Part shown: positions 8,552 through 17,867 of the stretch, in pieces
How the letters are laid out: each line of letters opens with the position of its first letter
How positions within the stretch are numbered: the first letter of the stretch is position 1
Source: Pseudomonadota bacterium
GTDB lineage: Bacteria > Verrucomicrobiota > Verrucomicrobiia > Limisphaerales > SXTU01
Direction of reading: 5' to 3'
DNA length: 64,000 nt
NCBI GenBank assembly: GCA_009924135.1
Contig: RFSE01000011.1
Location: 921-64,920 of the forward strand
The notes under the pieces: model-generated
The model's database searches: none
What the model saw: only the letters and a program-made list of their open reading frames with translations
What the model was told of the DNA's origin: nothing
Translations under genes and position numbers: made by a program

Positions 8552-8566
8552 TAGAAAGAATACGTT

Positions 8567-9079
8567 ATGCCGATTTACGAGTTCGCCTGCCCGAAGTGCC
8601 GGGTGATTTTCAACTTCTTCTCCCAGCGCATCAATCCCGACCGCACCCCGGCCTGCCCCAAGTGCGGTAACAAGAAGATGCGCAAGCAGATGAGCCGCTT
8701 TGCCATGACCAAAGGGCTCAAGGAACCCGCTGCTGCTGCGCCCAGCGATGACGCCGAGGGTGGCCCGCCCATGCCCGACATGGATGATCCCCGCGTGATG
8801 CGGGCCATGAACGAGATGGAACGGGATATGGAACATCTCGACGAAAACAACCCGAAGCACATGGCGCACATGATGCGCAAGATGAAGGATATGATGCCCG
8901 CCGGCACGATGCCCAAGGAGCTCGACATCGCCATCAAGCGTCTCGAAGCCGGCGAAGACCCGGAGAAGATTGAGGCCGACATGGGCGACGTGCTCGGCGA
9001 TCTGATGGGCGGCGAAGGCGGCCCCGGCGGAGCCGGCGGCGGCGGTTACACCCAGGACAGCGGGCTTTACGATTACTGA
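8567..9079 (+). CDS. FmdB-family zinc-ribbon protein with a Met/Asp/Glu-rich tail
   Basis: MPIYEFACPKCRVIF...TPACPKCG (CxxC...CxxC), followed by an acidic Met-rich C-terminal region and a Gly-rich end. Confidence 0.8.
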   Translation: MPIYEFACPKCRVIFNFFSQRINPDRTPACPKCGNKKMRKQMSRFAMTKGLKEPAAAAPSDDAEGGPPMPDMDDPRVMRAMNEMERDMEHLDENNPKHMAHMMRKMKDMMPAGTMPKELDIAIKRLEAGEDPEKIEADMGDVLGDLMGGEGGPGGAGGGGYTQDSGLYDY

Positions 9080-9141
9080 AGCCACCGCCAGTGCGGCGGG
9101 GCGTTTCCAGAACAAGTTGGCAGGGACGGATTCCCCTGAAC

Positions 9142-10857
9142 CTACTTCACCACCATGGCGCTGAACGGCAGGACGTAGGCCTGTAAATAGACGAAGATTC
9201 CCACGAGGGTCGCCAGCGCAAGGCTGTGGAAGAAGACGTAGCGCAGGATGCTGCCTTCGTGGCCGTACCAGTTCGTCGCGGTGCTCGCCACGACGATGCT
9301 TTGCGCGTCCACCATCTTCCCCATCACGCCGCCGGAGCTGTTCGCGGCGGCCATGAGCACAGGGCTGATGCCCGTCTGCTCCGCCGTGATCCGCTGGAGG
9401 CTCCCGAAGAGCACGTTGCTCGCGGTGTCACTGCCCGTCAGCGCCACGCCCAGCCAGCCCAGCAGCGTGCCAAAGAACGGATAGAGCGAACCGGTTTTGG
9501 CCAGCGCCAGGCCAAGCGTGGCATCCGTGCCGGAGTATTTGGTGACGTAACCGAGGGCGAGCATCGCGGCGATCGTGATGAGCGAAAAGCGCACGTTCCA
9601 CAAAGTACGGCGATAGACCCGTACCAGTTCCATCAGCGAGAATCCCATGTAAAACCCGGCGAGGATCGCGGCCACGAGGATTCCGGTGCCGGTAGCCGAG
9701 AGCCAGTTGAACTTAAACTCGGCCGCCTCGGGTTTGGTGGGCTTTTCCGGAGTGGGCTGCGGCACCACGGGGAACGTCCGAACCGTGGCGTTGTGCAAAC
9801 GGGGAATTTCCCATTTCGGGGACGACAAGGCATCCAGCCGCTGTTTCATCATCGGCACGCCCCAGAGGAAAACCAGCACGCTGAGCAGCAGCCACGGCAC
9901 CCAGGCACGGCGAACCAGTGATGCGTTTGGGGGTTCGAGTTTCGAGTTTCGAGTTGGCGCGTTGCTGTTCGATTGCGCGGCGGCGTCCGAACCCGAAACT
10001 CCCAACTCCAAACTTGGAACATTTCCCGACACCCACCCATCCTTCGGCTGCCAGACCTTGAGCAGGGCCACCACGGCTCCGAGCGAGCACAGCGCCGCAA
10101 CGATGTCCACCAGCCATGGACCATGGTAATTCGAAACCAGAAACTGCGGCACCGCGAAACTCACGCCCGCCGTCAGGCAGGCCGGCCACACGCCGAGCAT
10201 CCCGCGCCAGCCAGCATAAGCCCACACGACCCAGAAAGGGACGATAAGCGAGAAGACCGGCAGTTGCCGGCCGATCATCGCCGACACGGCATGCAGGTCG
10301 AGGCCGGTAACGCCAGCGAGCGCAATGACCGGCGTGCCCAACGCGCCGTAGGCCACCGGCGCAGTGTTGGCGATGAGGGAAAGACCGGCGGCCTGAAGGG
10401 GCTTGAAACCCAGCTGCATCAGGATCGCCGCCGTGACGGCCACGGGCGTGCCGAAACCCGCCGCCCCCTCGAAGAACGCGCCGAAGCTGAACGCGATGAG
10501 CACCAATTGCACCCGTGGGTCAGGTGCCAAGTCCGCGAGGCTCCCACGCAGGACCGCAAACAAGCCTTTGTCCACCGTGAGCTGGTAAAGGAAAATCAGG
10601 TTCAGAATGATCCATCCGATGGGAAATAAACCATATGCCGCGCCCAGACCGGCCGTCGCAAGCGCGGCATCCGCAGGCATCCGAAACGCCAGCAACGCCA
10701 CCGCCAGGGCCACGCCCAAACCGAGCAACGCAGCGAGGTGGATTTTGATTTCCAACCAGGCGATGGCCCCCAGCAGCACCACCACCGGGAGGGCGGCAAC
10801 GAGCGTTGAAAGCCAGGGGTTTCCGAGCGGGTGGTAGTTTTGCGGCCAGGGTGCCAT
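9142..10857 (-). CDS. lctP: L-lactate permease (LctP family)
   Basis: 571-aa polytopic membrane protein. The N-terminus WPQNYHPLGNPWLSTLVAALPVVVLLG and the overall pattern fit the LctP/LldP family. Carries a low-complexity insert encoded by the heptamer element at 9934-10014. Confidence 0.85.
   Translation of the reverse strand: MAPWPQNYHPLGNPWLSTLVAALPVVVLLGAIAWLEIKIHLAALLGLGVALAVALLAFRMPADAALATAGLGAAYGLFPIGWIILNLIFLYQLTVDKGLFAVLRGSLADLAPDPRVQLVLIAFSFGAFFEGAAGFGTPVAVTAAILMQLGFKPLQAAGLSLIANTAPVAYGALGTPVIALAGVTGLDLHAVSAMIGRQLPVFSLIVPFWVVWAYAGWRGMLGVWPACLTAGVSFAVPQFLVSNYHGPWLVDIVAALCSLGAVVALLKVWQPKDGWVSGNVPSLELGVSGSDAAAQSNSNAPTRNSKLEPPNASLVRRAWVPWLLLSVLVFLWGVPMMKQRLDALSSPKWEIPRLHNATVRTFPVVPQPTPEKPTKPEAAEFKFNWLSATGTGILVAAILAGFYMGFSLMELVRVYRRTLWNVRFSLITIAAMLALGYVTKYSGTDATLGLALAKTGSLYPFFGTLLGWLGVALTGSDTASNVLFGSLQRITAEQTGISPVLMAAANSSGGVMGKMVDAQSIVVASTATNWYGHEGSILRYVFFHSLALATLVGIFVYLQAYVLPFSAMVVK
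9934..10014. repeat. inverted heptamer arrays flanking a 39-bp core, inside the lctP CDS
   Basis: ttcgagt x3 perfect (9934-9954), a core at 9955-9993, then cgaaact cccaact ccaaact (9994-10014). The right array is the inverted counterpart of the left (agtttcg family). Total 81 bp = 27 codons, in frame. Confidence 0.85.
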
Positions 10858-10972
10858 GTGCGTCGCGAGAGAAAACGAGGAACCGGCCCCAATGTCCAGC
10901 CTCGGGACGACGAACTAATTCGTGCTACCCACCGGCAGGTTCTTTTGTTACCAATAACCTGTCGCCCGAGTT

Positions 10973-11899
10973 ATGCAGCGGGGTCGTGCCGCGCACCGGG
11001 TGCAACTGACCGCCAACTTCATGCGTGCCGTCCTACGAGCAATGCTTTACGCGGGCTTGCTGGCCCTGGGCTACTGGTCCGGGTTCAGCGCGCACCGGGA
11101 CTACTCGCTCCTGATGATGGACGACGGCGCCGAGCTGGCCCGCCGTAGTCGCGCCAAGCCTGCCAAATCCACCGAAGAACCGGCCGACCCGGCCGCCGAT
11201 CCCGCCGTCGCCAAACCGGACCCCACACCCGCCACCACCAACGCCCCGCCGGCCAAAGCGAAGGCGGCCAAGAAGGCGGCGAGCGCAAAACCGGAGACGG
11301 CCAGCGAGGAAACCGAAGAGACTGCCTCCATCCATCTCAGCCGGCGCGTCAGCAGCCTTTACGTTCATCTGGTGGGTTATACCTTCGGGCTGGCCGTATC
11401 ATTTCTGGGTTTGGGCTTGGTGGCGGCGCAGGACTTTGGCCACCTGCTCAAACACGGCTTCGGCAAGGAAGTTTCGTACGTGAACGACAAGGCGGCCCGC
11501 GCGGCGGCGTATGAGCAGGCCGAGCAAGTCGCCATGCGGGGCCAGCATCACGAAGCCATCAAGCTGCTCCAGGCCATCCTGGTCAAACACCCGGACCACA
11601 CCCACTCCCTCCTGCGCATTGCGGAACTCTATGACAAGGACCTGCAGGACTTCCCCCGGGCCGCACAGCAATACGAGAAACTGCTGGAAAAGCCCCTGCC
11701 GGCCGAGCAGTGGGGCTGGATCGCCATCCGCCTGGCCAACATTTACTCCGGCAAGCTTGCCCAGCCGCAGACCGCGCTGAAAATCCTTCAACGCCTCGCC
11801 GTGGACTACCCGGAAACCCAGGCCGGCGGCAAGGCCCTCAAGCGGCTGGCCATGATCGACAGCGCCGGCCTGAACGAGGACACGAAGAGGGAAGTGTGA
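10973..11899 (+). CDS. membrane-anchored protein with an Ala/Pro/Lys-rich linker and a TPR-like C-terminal domain
   Basis: ATG at 10973 (alternative ATG 11021, MRAVLRAMLYAGLLALGYW). Has TM segments and a C-terminal helical repeat region (AIKLLQAILVKHPDHTHSLLRIAELY..., AQQYEKLLEK). No specific family recognised. Confidence 0.6.
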   Translation: MQRGRAAHRVQLTANFMRAVLRAMLYAGLLALGYWSGFSAHRDYSLLMMDDGAELARRSRAKPAKSTEEPADPAADPAVAKPDPTPATTNAPPAKAKAAKKAASAKPETASEETEETASIHLSRRVSSLYVHLVGYTFGLAVSFLGLGLVAAQDFGHLLKHGFGKEVSYVNDKAARAAAYEQAEQVAMRGQHHEAIKLLQAILVKHPDHTHSLLRIAELYDKDLQDFPRAAQQYEKLLEKPLPAEQWGWIAIRLANIYSGKLAQPQTALKILQRLAVDYPETQAGGKALKRLAMIDSAGLNEDTKREV

Positions 11900-12065
11900 G
11901 GGCTAGCTAGCCGCATTAACCTTCAAACCTTACGTTGTTGCTGAAGGGCTGCTTGACACCGTTAGCGGGCTTAAAAAGCGGTATAGCGACAACACGGAGC
12001 GTCTCAAGTCTCCTCTTTCCGGCGGCGAGGGCGACCGGCACTAACAAAATGACGGCCATGATCGT

Positions 12066-12428
12066 TCAAGATACCCACCACCTATCCCAAACCTTCGCCA
12101 TGAAGCCGAACAGCCAAAGATACGTTGTTCTGGATCCCTCTGCGTTCAAGCCACCTCTGACAACTCCAGAATCGGAAATCACCAGGAAAGGGGCGTAGGC
12201 GCGCGTCACGCACCAATGGTATGGGACCGGCGCTTTGCTCCCTTGCCGGCCACCTCCTGCCCCGGAGACATCCATGCTAGACTCAGGGATGTGCATCGAG
12301 CTTAAGACGATTTTCTGCACCTGTGGCCCGCCGAGATACGCAGTGACCAACCATAAGCAAATGTAAGTGCATCCAACTACCATCAACAGCCGGCATCGCC
12401 GAAAGGTAAACCATCGTATCAGCCACAT
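12066..12428 (-). CDS. hypothetical small membrane-anchored protein
   Basis: ATG 12428 (MWLIRWFTFRRCRLLMVVGCTYICLWLVTAYLGG...) in a stretch of about 50% GC. No family recognised, so the gene call is weak. Confidence 0.35.
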   Translation of the reverse strand: MWLIRWFTFRRCRLLMVVGCTYICLWLVTAYLGGPQVQKIVLSSMHIPESSMDVSGAGGGRQGSKAPVPYHWCVTRAYAPFLVISDSGVVRGGLNAEGSRTTYLWLFGFMAKVWDRWWVS

Positions 12429-12848
12429 AAATTCAATCTCAGGACCGCCAGCCACTCAACTCACCAAGACCGGTCCCTCAGACGCGTACGCGCATACATG
12501 CACCCGGGTGTTGACGCGGAGTGTGCCCCGGAAATTTCAAACCCCCGCAGGGCCTTCAAGATACCACACGTCCTGCTCGCAATCATTGCCGCTGTCATCC
12601 TCCGTGAAGAACGCCATGGGCAGAGGGCCGAACCTCATTCAGGTTGATGAGCTTCATCGCCGCCGGTGTTAGCCTTTCGGAACGTCGCGAGCAGGCCAAC
12701 CATGACTTCGCCGCGAAAGGACACAACGATCACACAGGCAAGATAGCTGCCTGTTCTTCCACCCTGTACCCTTGGCATTCAATTGCACCTTCCCGGAATC
12801 TTTCACTTGCGCCGCCAGCGGCGGGACGGGAACCTCTGCGGCACCCGC

Positions 12849-14270
12849 ATGAATGCACGTTGTCTCTTGTTCGCCGTGATGCTGGCCGCCGGCTCCCTCC
12901 GCGCCGCCGAAGTCCTCGAAGACTGGCCGCAGTTCCTCGGCCTGCGGGGCAACAACACTTCGCAGGAGACCGGCCTGCTCGACAAATTCCCCAAAGACGG
13001 CCCGCCCGTGGTGTGGCAGCACGAAATCGGGGCCGGCTACAGCGCGCCTTCCGTGCGCGGCGACCTGCTCGTGTTGCATCATCGCGTGAAGGAGGAGGAA
13101 GTCGTCGAGGCGATGAATCCGGCGACGGGCAAATCTGTGTGGCGCTACGCCTACCCGAGCCGTTACCAGGACCCCTACGGTTACAACAACGGCCCGCGTT
13201 GCACACCTTTGCTCACCGCCGACCGTTGCTACACCTTCGGAGCCGAGGGCAAGCTGCTGTGCCTCGAACTCAAGTCCGGCAAGCTCGTCTGGGAGCGGAA
13301 CACGGCCAAGGATTTCAATGTCCCCGAGGCCTTCTTCGGCGTCGGCTCCACACCGCTCCTCGAGGACGGCAAGCTGATCGTCATGGTCGGCGGCCAGCCG
13401 AACGCCGGCATGGCTGCCTTGGACGCCACGACCGGCAAGACCCTCTGGCAGAACGTCGGCAAGACGAACTGGTCCGGCGTCATCACGTTGGGCTGGCGCA
13501 ATGAAGTCCCCTACGAATGGACCGGCTTCGAGAAGGTCGCCAGCTACGCCTCGCCGGTCGCCGCCACCATCCACGGGCAACGCCACATTTTTTGCCTCAT
13601 GCGCCAGGGCCTGGTGTCCGTGAATCCGACCAACGGCGCGATCAACTTCAGCCGCTGGTTCCAGTCCCTGGCCAACGACTCCGTTAACGCCATGAACCCC
13701 GTCGTGCAGGACGACCTCGTGCTGATTTCCGCCGCCTACTACCGCATGGGCGCGGTGCTGCTGCGCGTGAAGCCGGACGGCAAATCCTATGACGAAGTCT
13801 GGCGTGACCCGGCGCGGCATCCCTTCGACCCCGCCGACCGCGACCCCGCGACGAGCCGCTGGAAGGTGCCCGCGCTCGAATTGCATTGGAACACGCCCAT
13901 TCTGCTGGACGGACACCTCTACGCGTTCAGCGGCCGGGACGAGCCGGATGCCTCGTTCCGTTGCGTGGAATTCAAGACGGGCAAAGTCGCCTGGAGCCGC
14001 GACGAGCGCTGGCAGAAGCATCCGCCCCATGGCACGCAATTCCCGGTCTTCGGACGGGGCTCGGCCATTCTCGCCGATGGGAAGCTGTTCGTGCTCGGCG
14101 AGGCCGGCCTGCTCGGCATCTTCAAGCCGAATGCCAAGCAACCCGAAGAATTGTCCCGCTGGCAGGTACCGATGCTCGGCTACCCGACTTGGTGCGCACC
14201 GGTGCTTTCGCACAAACGGCTTTACCTCCGCAGCGAAGACAAGCTGGTGTGTTTCAATCTGGCAAAATAG
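12849..14270 (+). CDS. PQQ-like (BamB-type) beta-propeller repeat protein, secreted
   Basis: Trimmed to ATG 12849. Signal peptide MNARCLLFAVMLAAGSLRAAE followed by DWPQFLG. Repeated blade motifs. Paralog of 23585..24916. Confidence 0.8.
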   Translation: MNARCLLFAVMLAAGSLRAAEVLEDWPQFLGLRGNNTSQETGLLDKFPKDGPPVVWQHEIGAGYSAPSVRGDLLVLHHRVKEEEVVEAMNPATGKSVWRYAYPSRYQDPYGYNNGPRCTPLLTADRCYTFGAEGKLLCLELKSGKLVWERNTAKDFNVPEAFFGVGSTPLLEDGKLIVMVGGQPNAGMAALDATTGKTLWQNVGKTNWSGVITLGWRNEVPYEWTGFEKVASYASPVAATIHGQRHIFCLMRQGLVSVNPTNGAINFSRWFQSLANDSVNAMNPVVQDDLVLISAAYYRMGAVLLRVKPDGKSYDEVWRDPARHPFDPADRDPATSRWKVPALELHWNTPILLDGHLYAFSGRDEPDASFRCVEFKTGKVAWSRDERWQKHPPHGTQFPVFGRGSAILADGKLFVLGEAGLLGIFKPNAKQPEELSRWQVPMLGYPTWCAPVLSHKRLYLRSEDKLVCFNLAK

Positions 14271-14342
14271 CGCTGACTCCCTGCGGATGACGATTTCCAG
14301 GTTGCAGTCACCGTAACGGTTTTCCAAAATGGCCACGCAGGC

Positions 14343-15842
14343 ATGAACAATCTCTTCTACATAATGCTCGTCGGGCTGCCCGTGTACGTGGTCATGGTCG
14401 TGCTCGGGCGGCAGTTACGCCGCCGGTGGAACCTGCGGATGGGAGCGCCATACCACTTCATCTGCATCGCAAATGCCGTCTTGGCGGCTTCCTACTTCAT
14501 CCTCGACGTGAGCGTGGCGGCGGAACGGGACAAGCACCGGGTGATCATGGCGGCCGCGTTCATGCTGGACTCCATCCTCCTGCTGACGCTCTTCAACCGG
14601 TTCTACTGGGAGGGGTATTTCGCCAAGAAGCGGAACATGGTTCCGCCCCGCTTCTTCACCCATGCCACGCGCCTCATCGGCATGACGGCGACGGCGGTGC
14701 TGATTCTTCAGTTTGTGTTCGATGTCCGTGTCCCCGGCTTGATCGCGAGCATCGGCGGCCTGGGTCTCGCCGTCGGTCTTGCGTTGCGGCCCGTCATCTC
14801 GAATCTCACCGCCGGCCTGACCATCCAGATGGGCAAGCCGCTCAAGCAAGGCGACTGGCTTTACATCGACAGCCGCCTGGCCGAGGTGATGGAACTCAAC
14901 TGGCGCACCACGCGGCTGCGCACGATTGACCACACCTACATCGAGATTCCGAACGTGGACCTCGTCAACGTCCACCTTCAGAACTACAGCTACCCGACGC
15001 CGCATCATGCCATGCGCGTCACGGTGCCGGTGGAATATGAGGCCCCGCCCAACAAGGTTCGTGCGATACTGCTCCGCTCGACCGAAGACGTCTCCGGGGT
15101 GTTGAAGGATCCGGCGCCCGAGGTTTACCTGAAGGAATTTGCGGACAGCACCATCATCTACGAAATCCGCGTCTGGATTGAAAAAGACTCCGAACACGAC
15201 CGTATCGCCGACGGCATCCGCACCGATGCCTGGTACGAGCTGCGCCGCGCAGGCCTCACGATGCCGTTCCCGCAGCGGGTAGTTCAATACCTGCGGCCCA
15301 AGGATGACTCCGACGCCCAGGCCCGGCATATCGCCGACATGCTCGGCCGCAACATGATATTCAGCGTCCTGAGTGACTCCCAGCGCCAGAAGCTGGTAGT
15401 CGGCGCACACAAGCAGCTTTTCGGCAAGGGCGAACGCATCTTCCGGCAAGGTGAGGAAGGCAACGCCCTCTACGTCGTCGCAGATGGCGAGGCGGATGTG
15501 TTTGTCGAGTCGGACGGCCACTCGACCCGCGTGAACGTGGTCCGCAGCGGCGAATGTCTCGGCGAGTTCTCCCTGCTGACCGGTGAAAAACTGAGCGCCT
15601 CCGTCCAGGCCACGAAGGATTGCGAAGTGGTGCTCATCCCCCGCGAACGCATGGCCGAGATCCTCCGCGAATCACCCGAACTCGTGGAACGGCTTAGTGA
15701 AATCCTCGCCCTCCGCCGCCTGGAAACCGAGGTCATTCTCGCGGAGTCCGAGACTCAGCGCAGCAAGAAAGTGGTGCCCAAGAGCCAGGAGGAATACGCC
15801 AACGACTTCCTCAAGAAGATGCAGGACTTCTTCTCTGTCTGA
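14343..15842 (+). CDS. MscS-family mechanosensitive channel fused to a C-terminal cyclic-nucleotide-binding domain
   Basis: MscS core (GGLGLAVGLALRPVISNLTAGLTIQMGKPLKQGDWLYID...) and a cNMP-binding domain (FGKGERIFRQGEEGNALYVVADGEADVF...GECLGEFSLLTGEKLSASV). Confidence 0.85.
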   Translation: MNNLFYIMLVGLPVYVVMVVLGRQLRRRWNLRMGAPYHFICIANAVLAASYFILDVSVAAERDKHRVIMAAAFMLDSILLLTLFNRFYWEGYFAKKRNMVPPRFFTHATRLIGMTATAVLILQFVFDVRVPGLIASIGGLGLAVGLALRPVISNLTAGLTIQMGKPLKQGDWLYIDSRLAEVMELNWRTTRLRTIDHTYIEIPNVDLVNVHLQNYSYPTPHHAMRVTVPVEYEAPPNKVRAILLRSTEDVSGVLKDPAPEVYLKEFADSTIIYEIRVWIEKDSEHDRIADGIRTDAWYELRRAGLTMPFPQRVVQYLRPKDDSDAQARHIADMLGRNMIFSVLSDSQRQKLVVGAHKQLFGKGERIFRQGEEGNALYVVADGEADVFVESDGHSTRVNVVRSGECLGEFSLLTGEKLSASVQATKDCEVVLIPRERMAEILRESPELVERLSEILALRRLETEVILAESETQRSKKVVPKSQEEYANDFLKKMQDFFSV

Positions 15843-15910
15843 GTTGACTCAACACGGCGACTGCAAGCCGCCGGTACGGTGCACAGTCCAATTTGCCCGA
15901 AGTCCGACGG

Positions 15911-16039
15911 GAAACCGCGGATGACGCGGATGGCGCGGATGAAAAATTAGTTAAGCAAGCTGGCTGCCGCTGAATGAGTAACCCAATCCAGCGCTGAAAA
16001 GCCCTTCCCATCCGTGTCATCCGCGAAATCTGCGGTTTC
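15911..16039. mobile_element. diverged MITE-like element of the CGGATG-iteron family
   Basis: The left arm gaaaccgcggatgacgcggatggcgcggatg and right arm ccatccgtgtcatccgcgaaatctgcggtttc are imperfect inverted repeats. Iterons are spaced 9 bp apart here. The AT-richer interior is unrelated to the 31370/45887 copies. Confidence 0.55.
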
Positions 16040-16092
16040 AATTTCGGAGTTCGGGATTTGCGGGCCTTGGGCATGAACTTGCAGCCTCGGAG

Positions 16093-16160
16093 CTCGGACG
16101 CCCACGGCCGCAGCAAATTGCTGTTACCCCACCACTACTGCGGACTTGGGCGTCCGCGCT
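16093..16160. repeat. pair of inverted REP-like hairpin motifs (gcggacNtgggcgtccgc type)
   Basis: tcggacgcccacggccgcag (16093-16113) and ctgcggacttgggcgtccgcg (16138-16160). The same motif recurs at 19331-19355. Confidence 0.7.
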
Positions 16161-16288
16161 CCTTCGAAGCGTCATGCCCCTCGTTCCTTGAACCCGGGGT
16201 AAATTTCGGAACCGGGAGACCTCTCCCATTCACGGAAAGCTGAGGGAAAACCATCATCCAGGCCAGCCGATGCTGCCCGGCAGCGGTT

Positions 16289-17683
16289 TCACTTCGCCGG
16301 TGGCGCATCCTCCGGCATCGGACGTCCCTTGGTCTCGGGCATGAACGCCATGGCGACCAACCCCAGAAGGAACACCGCGCTGACCCAGCAGCACGCCGCC
16401 CGGAAAGCGGCCAGCTTCGCCTCCGGCGTGGTCGCGCCAGCCGCGAGCGACTTGGCCAGCAACCCCATCGTAAACGGTCCGCTGGCGGCAATGAACCGCC
16501 CCACGTTGTAGCAGAAGCTCACTCCGGTGCTCCGCAGGCGGGTGGGAAACAGCTCCGGCAGATAAATCGCGAACCCGGCAAACAGCGCGAGCTGGCAGAA
16601 GCCCATCACGAAGCTCATCCAGATGTCGCCCGTGCCGTTGAACAATTGAAAGTAACCGACCGTGGCGGCAAACGCGCTGAGGAACGCAACCGTGAACGCC
16701 GGTTTGCGGCCGAACTTCTGGGCAAAATGCGTGAAGGCCATCATGCCAAAGAACGCCCCGAGGTTCTGGATGATGCTGTTTACACCCACCCAGTAGGTTT
16801 TCTCGCTGGCGATCTGTGCATCCGGCAGACCCTTCGCCTTCAGCGAGTTCCCGATCACGTCGCCGACCAGCTCCGGACTGAAAAAGCCCACGCCCCACAA
16901 GCCGACCACACCTGATACGCACAACATCATGCCGAGCAACGCCGGCGTACGCCAGCGCTCCTCGCCAAAGAGCGACGCGTAGGAGCCAAACTTCGCTCCA
17001 GTGAGCCGGCCTTCCTCGCGGGCCTTCACCCATTTCTCCGGTTCCTTGAGGCGGACTTGCAGGAACACGCACAGGAACGCCGGCAGCGCGCCGATGAGGA
17101 ACATGTACTTCCACGCGTTGGCAGGATTGATATGCCCGGCAGACCCGAGTTTGCCCATGCCCATGCTGATGAGGCCGGCGCTGATGTTGCCCACGGCCGA
17201 AAGTGCCTGCAGCGTGCCCAGCGCACCCGTACGGGAACGTTCCGGCAGGCCATCCGCCACCAGCGCCACCGCCAGACCGAAAACCCCGCCCACGCCGAGC
17301 CCTGTAAGAAAGCGATAGCACGCGAAATCGATCCAGCCGGTCGAAAACGCGGACAATCCCGTGCATACCGAGTAGATTAAAACCGTCAACGTCAGCGTCT
17401 TTGCACGACCAATGCGGTCGCCCACTGCCCCGAAGATCAACCCCCCCGTCGCCCAGCCCGCCACGAAGATCGCCGTCGCGTAGCCGGAGTACTCCTTCAC
17501 GTCATAGCCGGCCGGCAGCAGTGCCTTCATCGCCCCCTGCCGCGCGAGCAGGAAGAGCTGCTGATCCAGACAGTCGAACAGCCAGGCCAGGCAGGCCATG
17601 GTGAACACGAACCAGTGATACGGGGTAAGGTCTTTCCACCACGGGCTGGTGGAAGTCGCGGCAGCGGTATTGGTTGAGCTCAT
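16289..17683 (-). CDS. MFS transporter
   Basis: Trimmed to ATG 17683 (MSSTNTAAATSTSPWWKDLTPYHWFVFTMACLAWLFDCLDQQLF). About 12 TM segments and the GDRIGRAKTL loop motif. Confidence 0.85.
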   Translation of the reverse strand: MSSTNTAAATSTSPWWKDLTPYHWFVFTMACLAWLFDCLDQQLFLLARQGAMKALLPAGYDVKEYSGYATAIFVAGWATGGLIFGAVGDRIGRAKTLTLTVLIYSVCTGLSAFSTGWIDFACYRFLTGLGVGGVFGLAVALVADGLPERSRTGALGTLQALSAVGNISAGLISMGMGKLGSAGHINPANAWKYMFLIGALPAFLCVFLQVRLKEPEKWVKAREEGRLTGAKFGSYASLFGEERWRTPALLGMMLCVSGVVGLWGVGFFSPELVGDVIGNSLKAKGLPDAQIASEKTYWVGVNSIIQNLGAFFGMMAFTHFAQKFGRKPAFTVAFLSAFAATVGYFQLFNGTGDIWMSFVMGFCQLALFAGFAIYLPELFPTRLRSTGVSFCYNVGRFIAASGPFTMGLLAKSLAAGATTPEAKLAAFRAACCWVSAVFLLGLVAMAFMPETKGRPMPEDAPPAK

Positions 17684-17781
17684 GAGCGGCGCAGTGTTGC
17701 AGTCGGAAAACGGGTTGTTACCTACACGTAATGATTGACCGCGCCAAGGCTTAATTCCCCCGGTCCCGGACTTAACCCTTT

Positions 17782-17813
17782 CCATCTGTGTTCAATCTGA
17801 GTCCATCTGCGGC
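17782..17813 (+). promoter_or_regulatory. solo tri-iteron arm upstream of the M20 peptidase gene
   Basis: ccatctgtgttcaatctgagtccatctgcggc, with atctgtg / atctgag / atctgcg at 11-bp spacing. It ends 54 nt before ATG 17868, in the divergent MFS/M20 spacer. Confidence 0.5.
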
Positions 17814-17867
17814 AAAAATAGCGGACCGCGATTGCCTTCTTCGCCCGGCTCCGCTTTCCTCTCCGCC

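Noticed and set aside
8514-8566. Reading the tri-iteron arms as sigma-70 promoters (GTTTCA/GTTCAA/GTTTAA as the -35 box with a 17-nt spacer).
   Set aside because: The would-be -10 hexamers (gctaga, caaaaa, gctcaa) are not conserved and do not resemble TATAAT. The geometry is suggestive but not supportable from sequence alone.
12669-14336. A 555-aa minus-strand ORF. Similar long antisense ORFs occur at 5693-6844, 17772-19187, 21645-23198, 36985-38169, 44536-45807 and 59806-60861.
   Set aside because: Each is the mirror of a gene with strong family evidence (PQQ propeller, korA, M20, ceramidase-like, hflX, secretion ATPase, ThuA). None has recognisable motifs, and all have GC-driven open frames.
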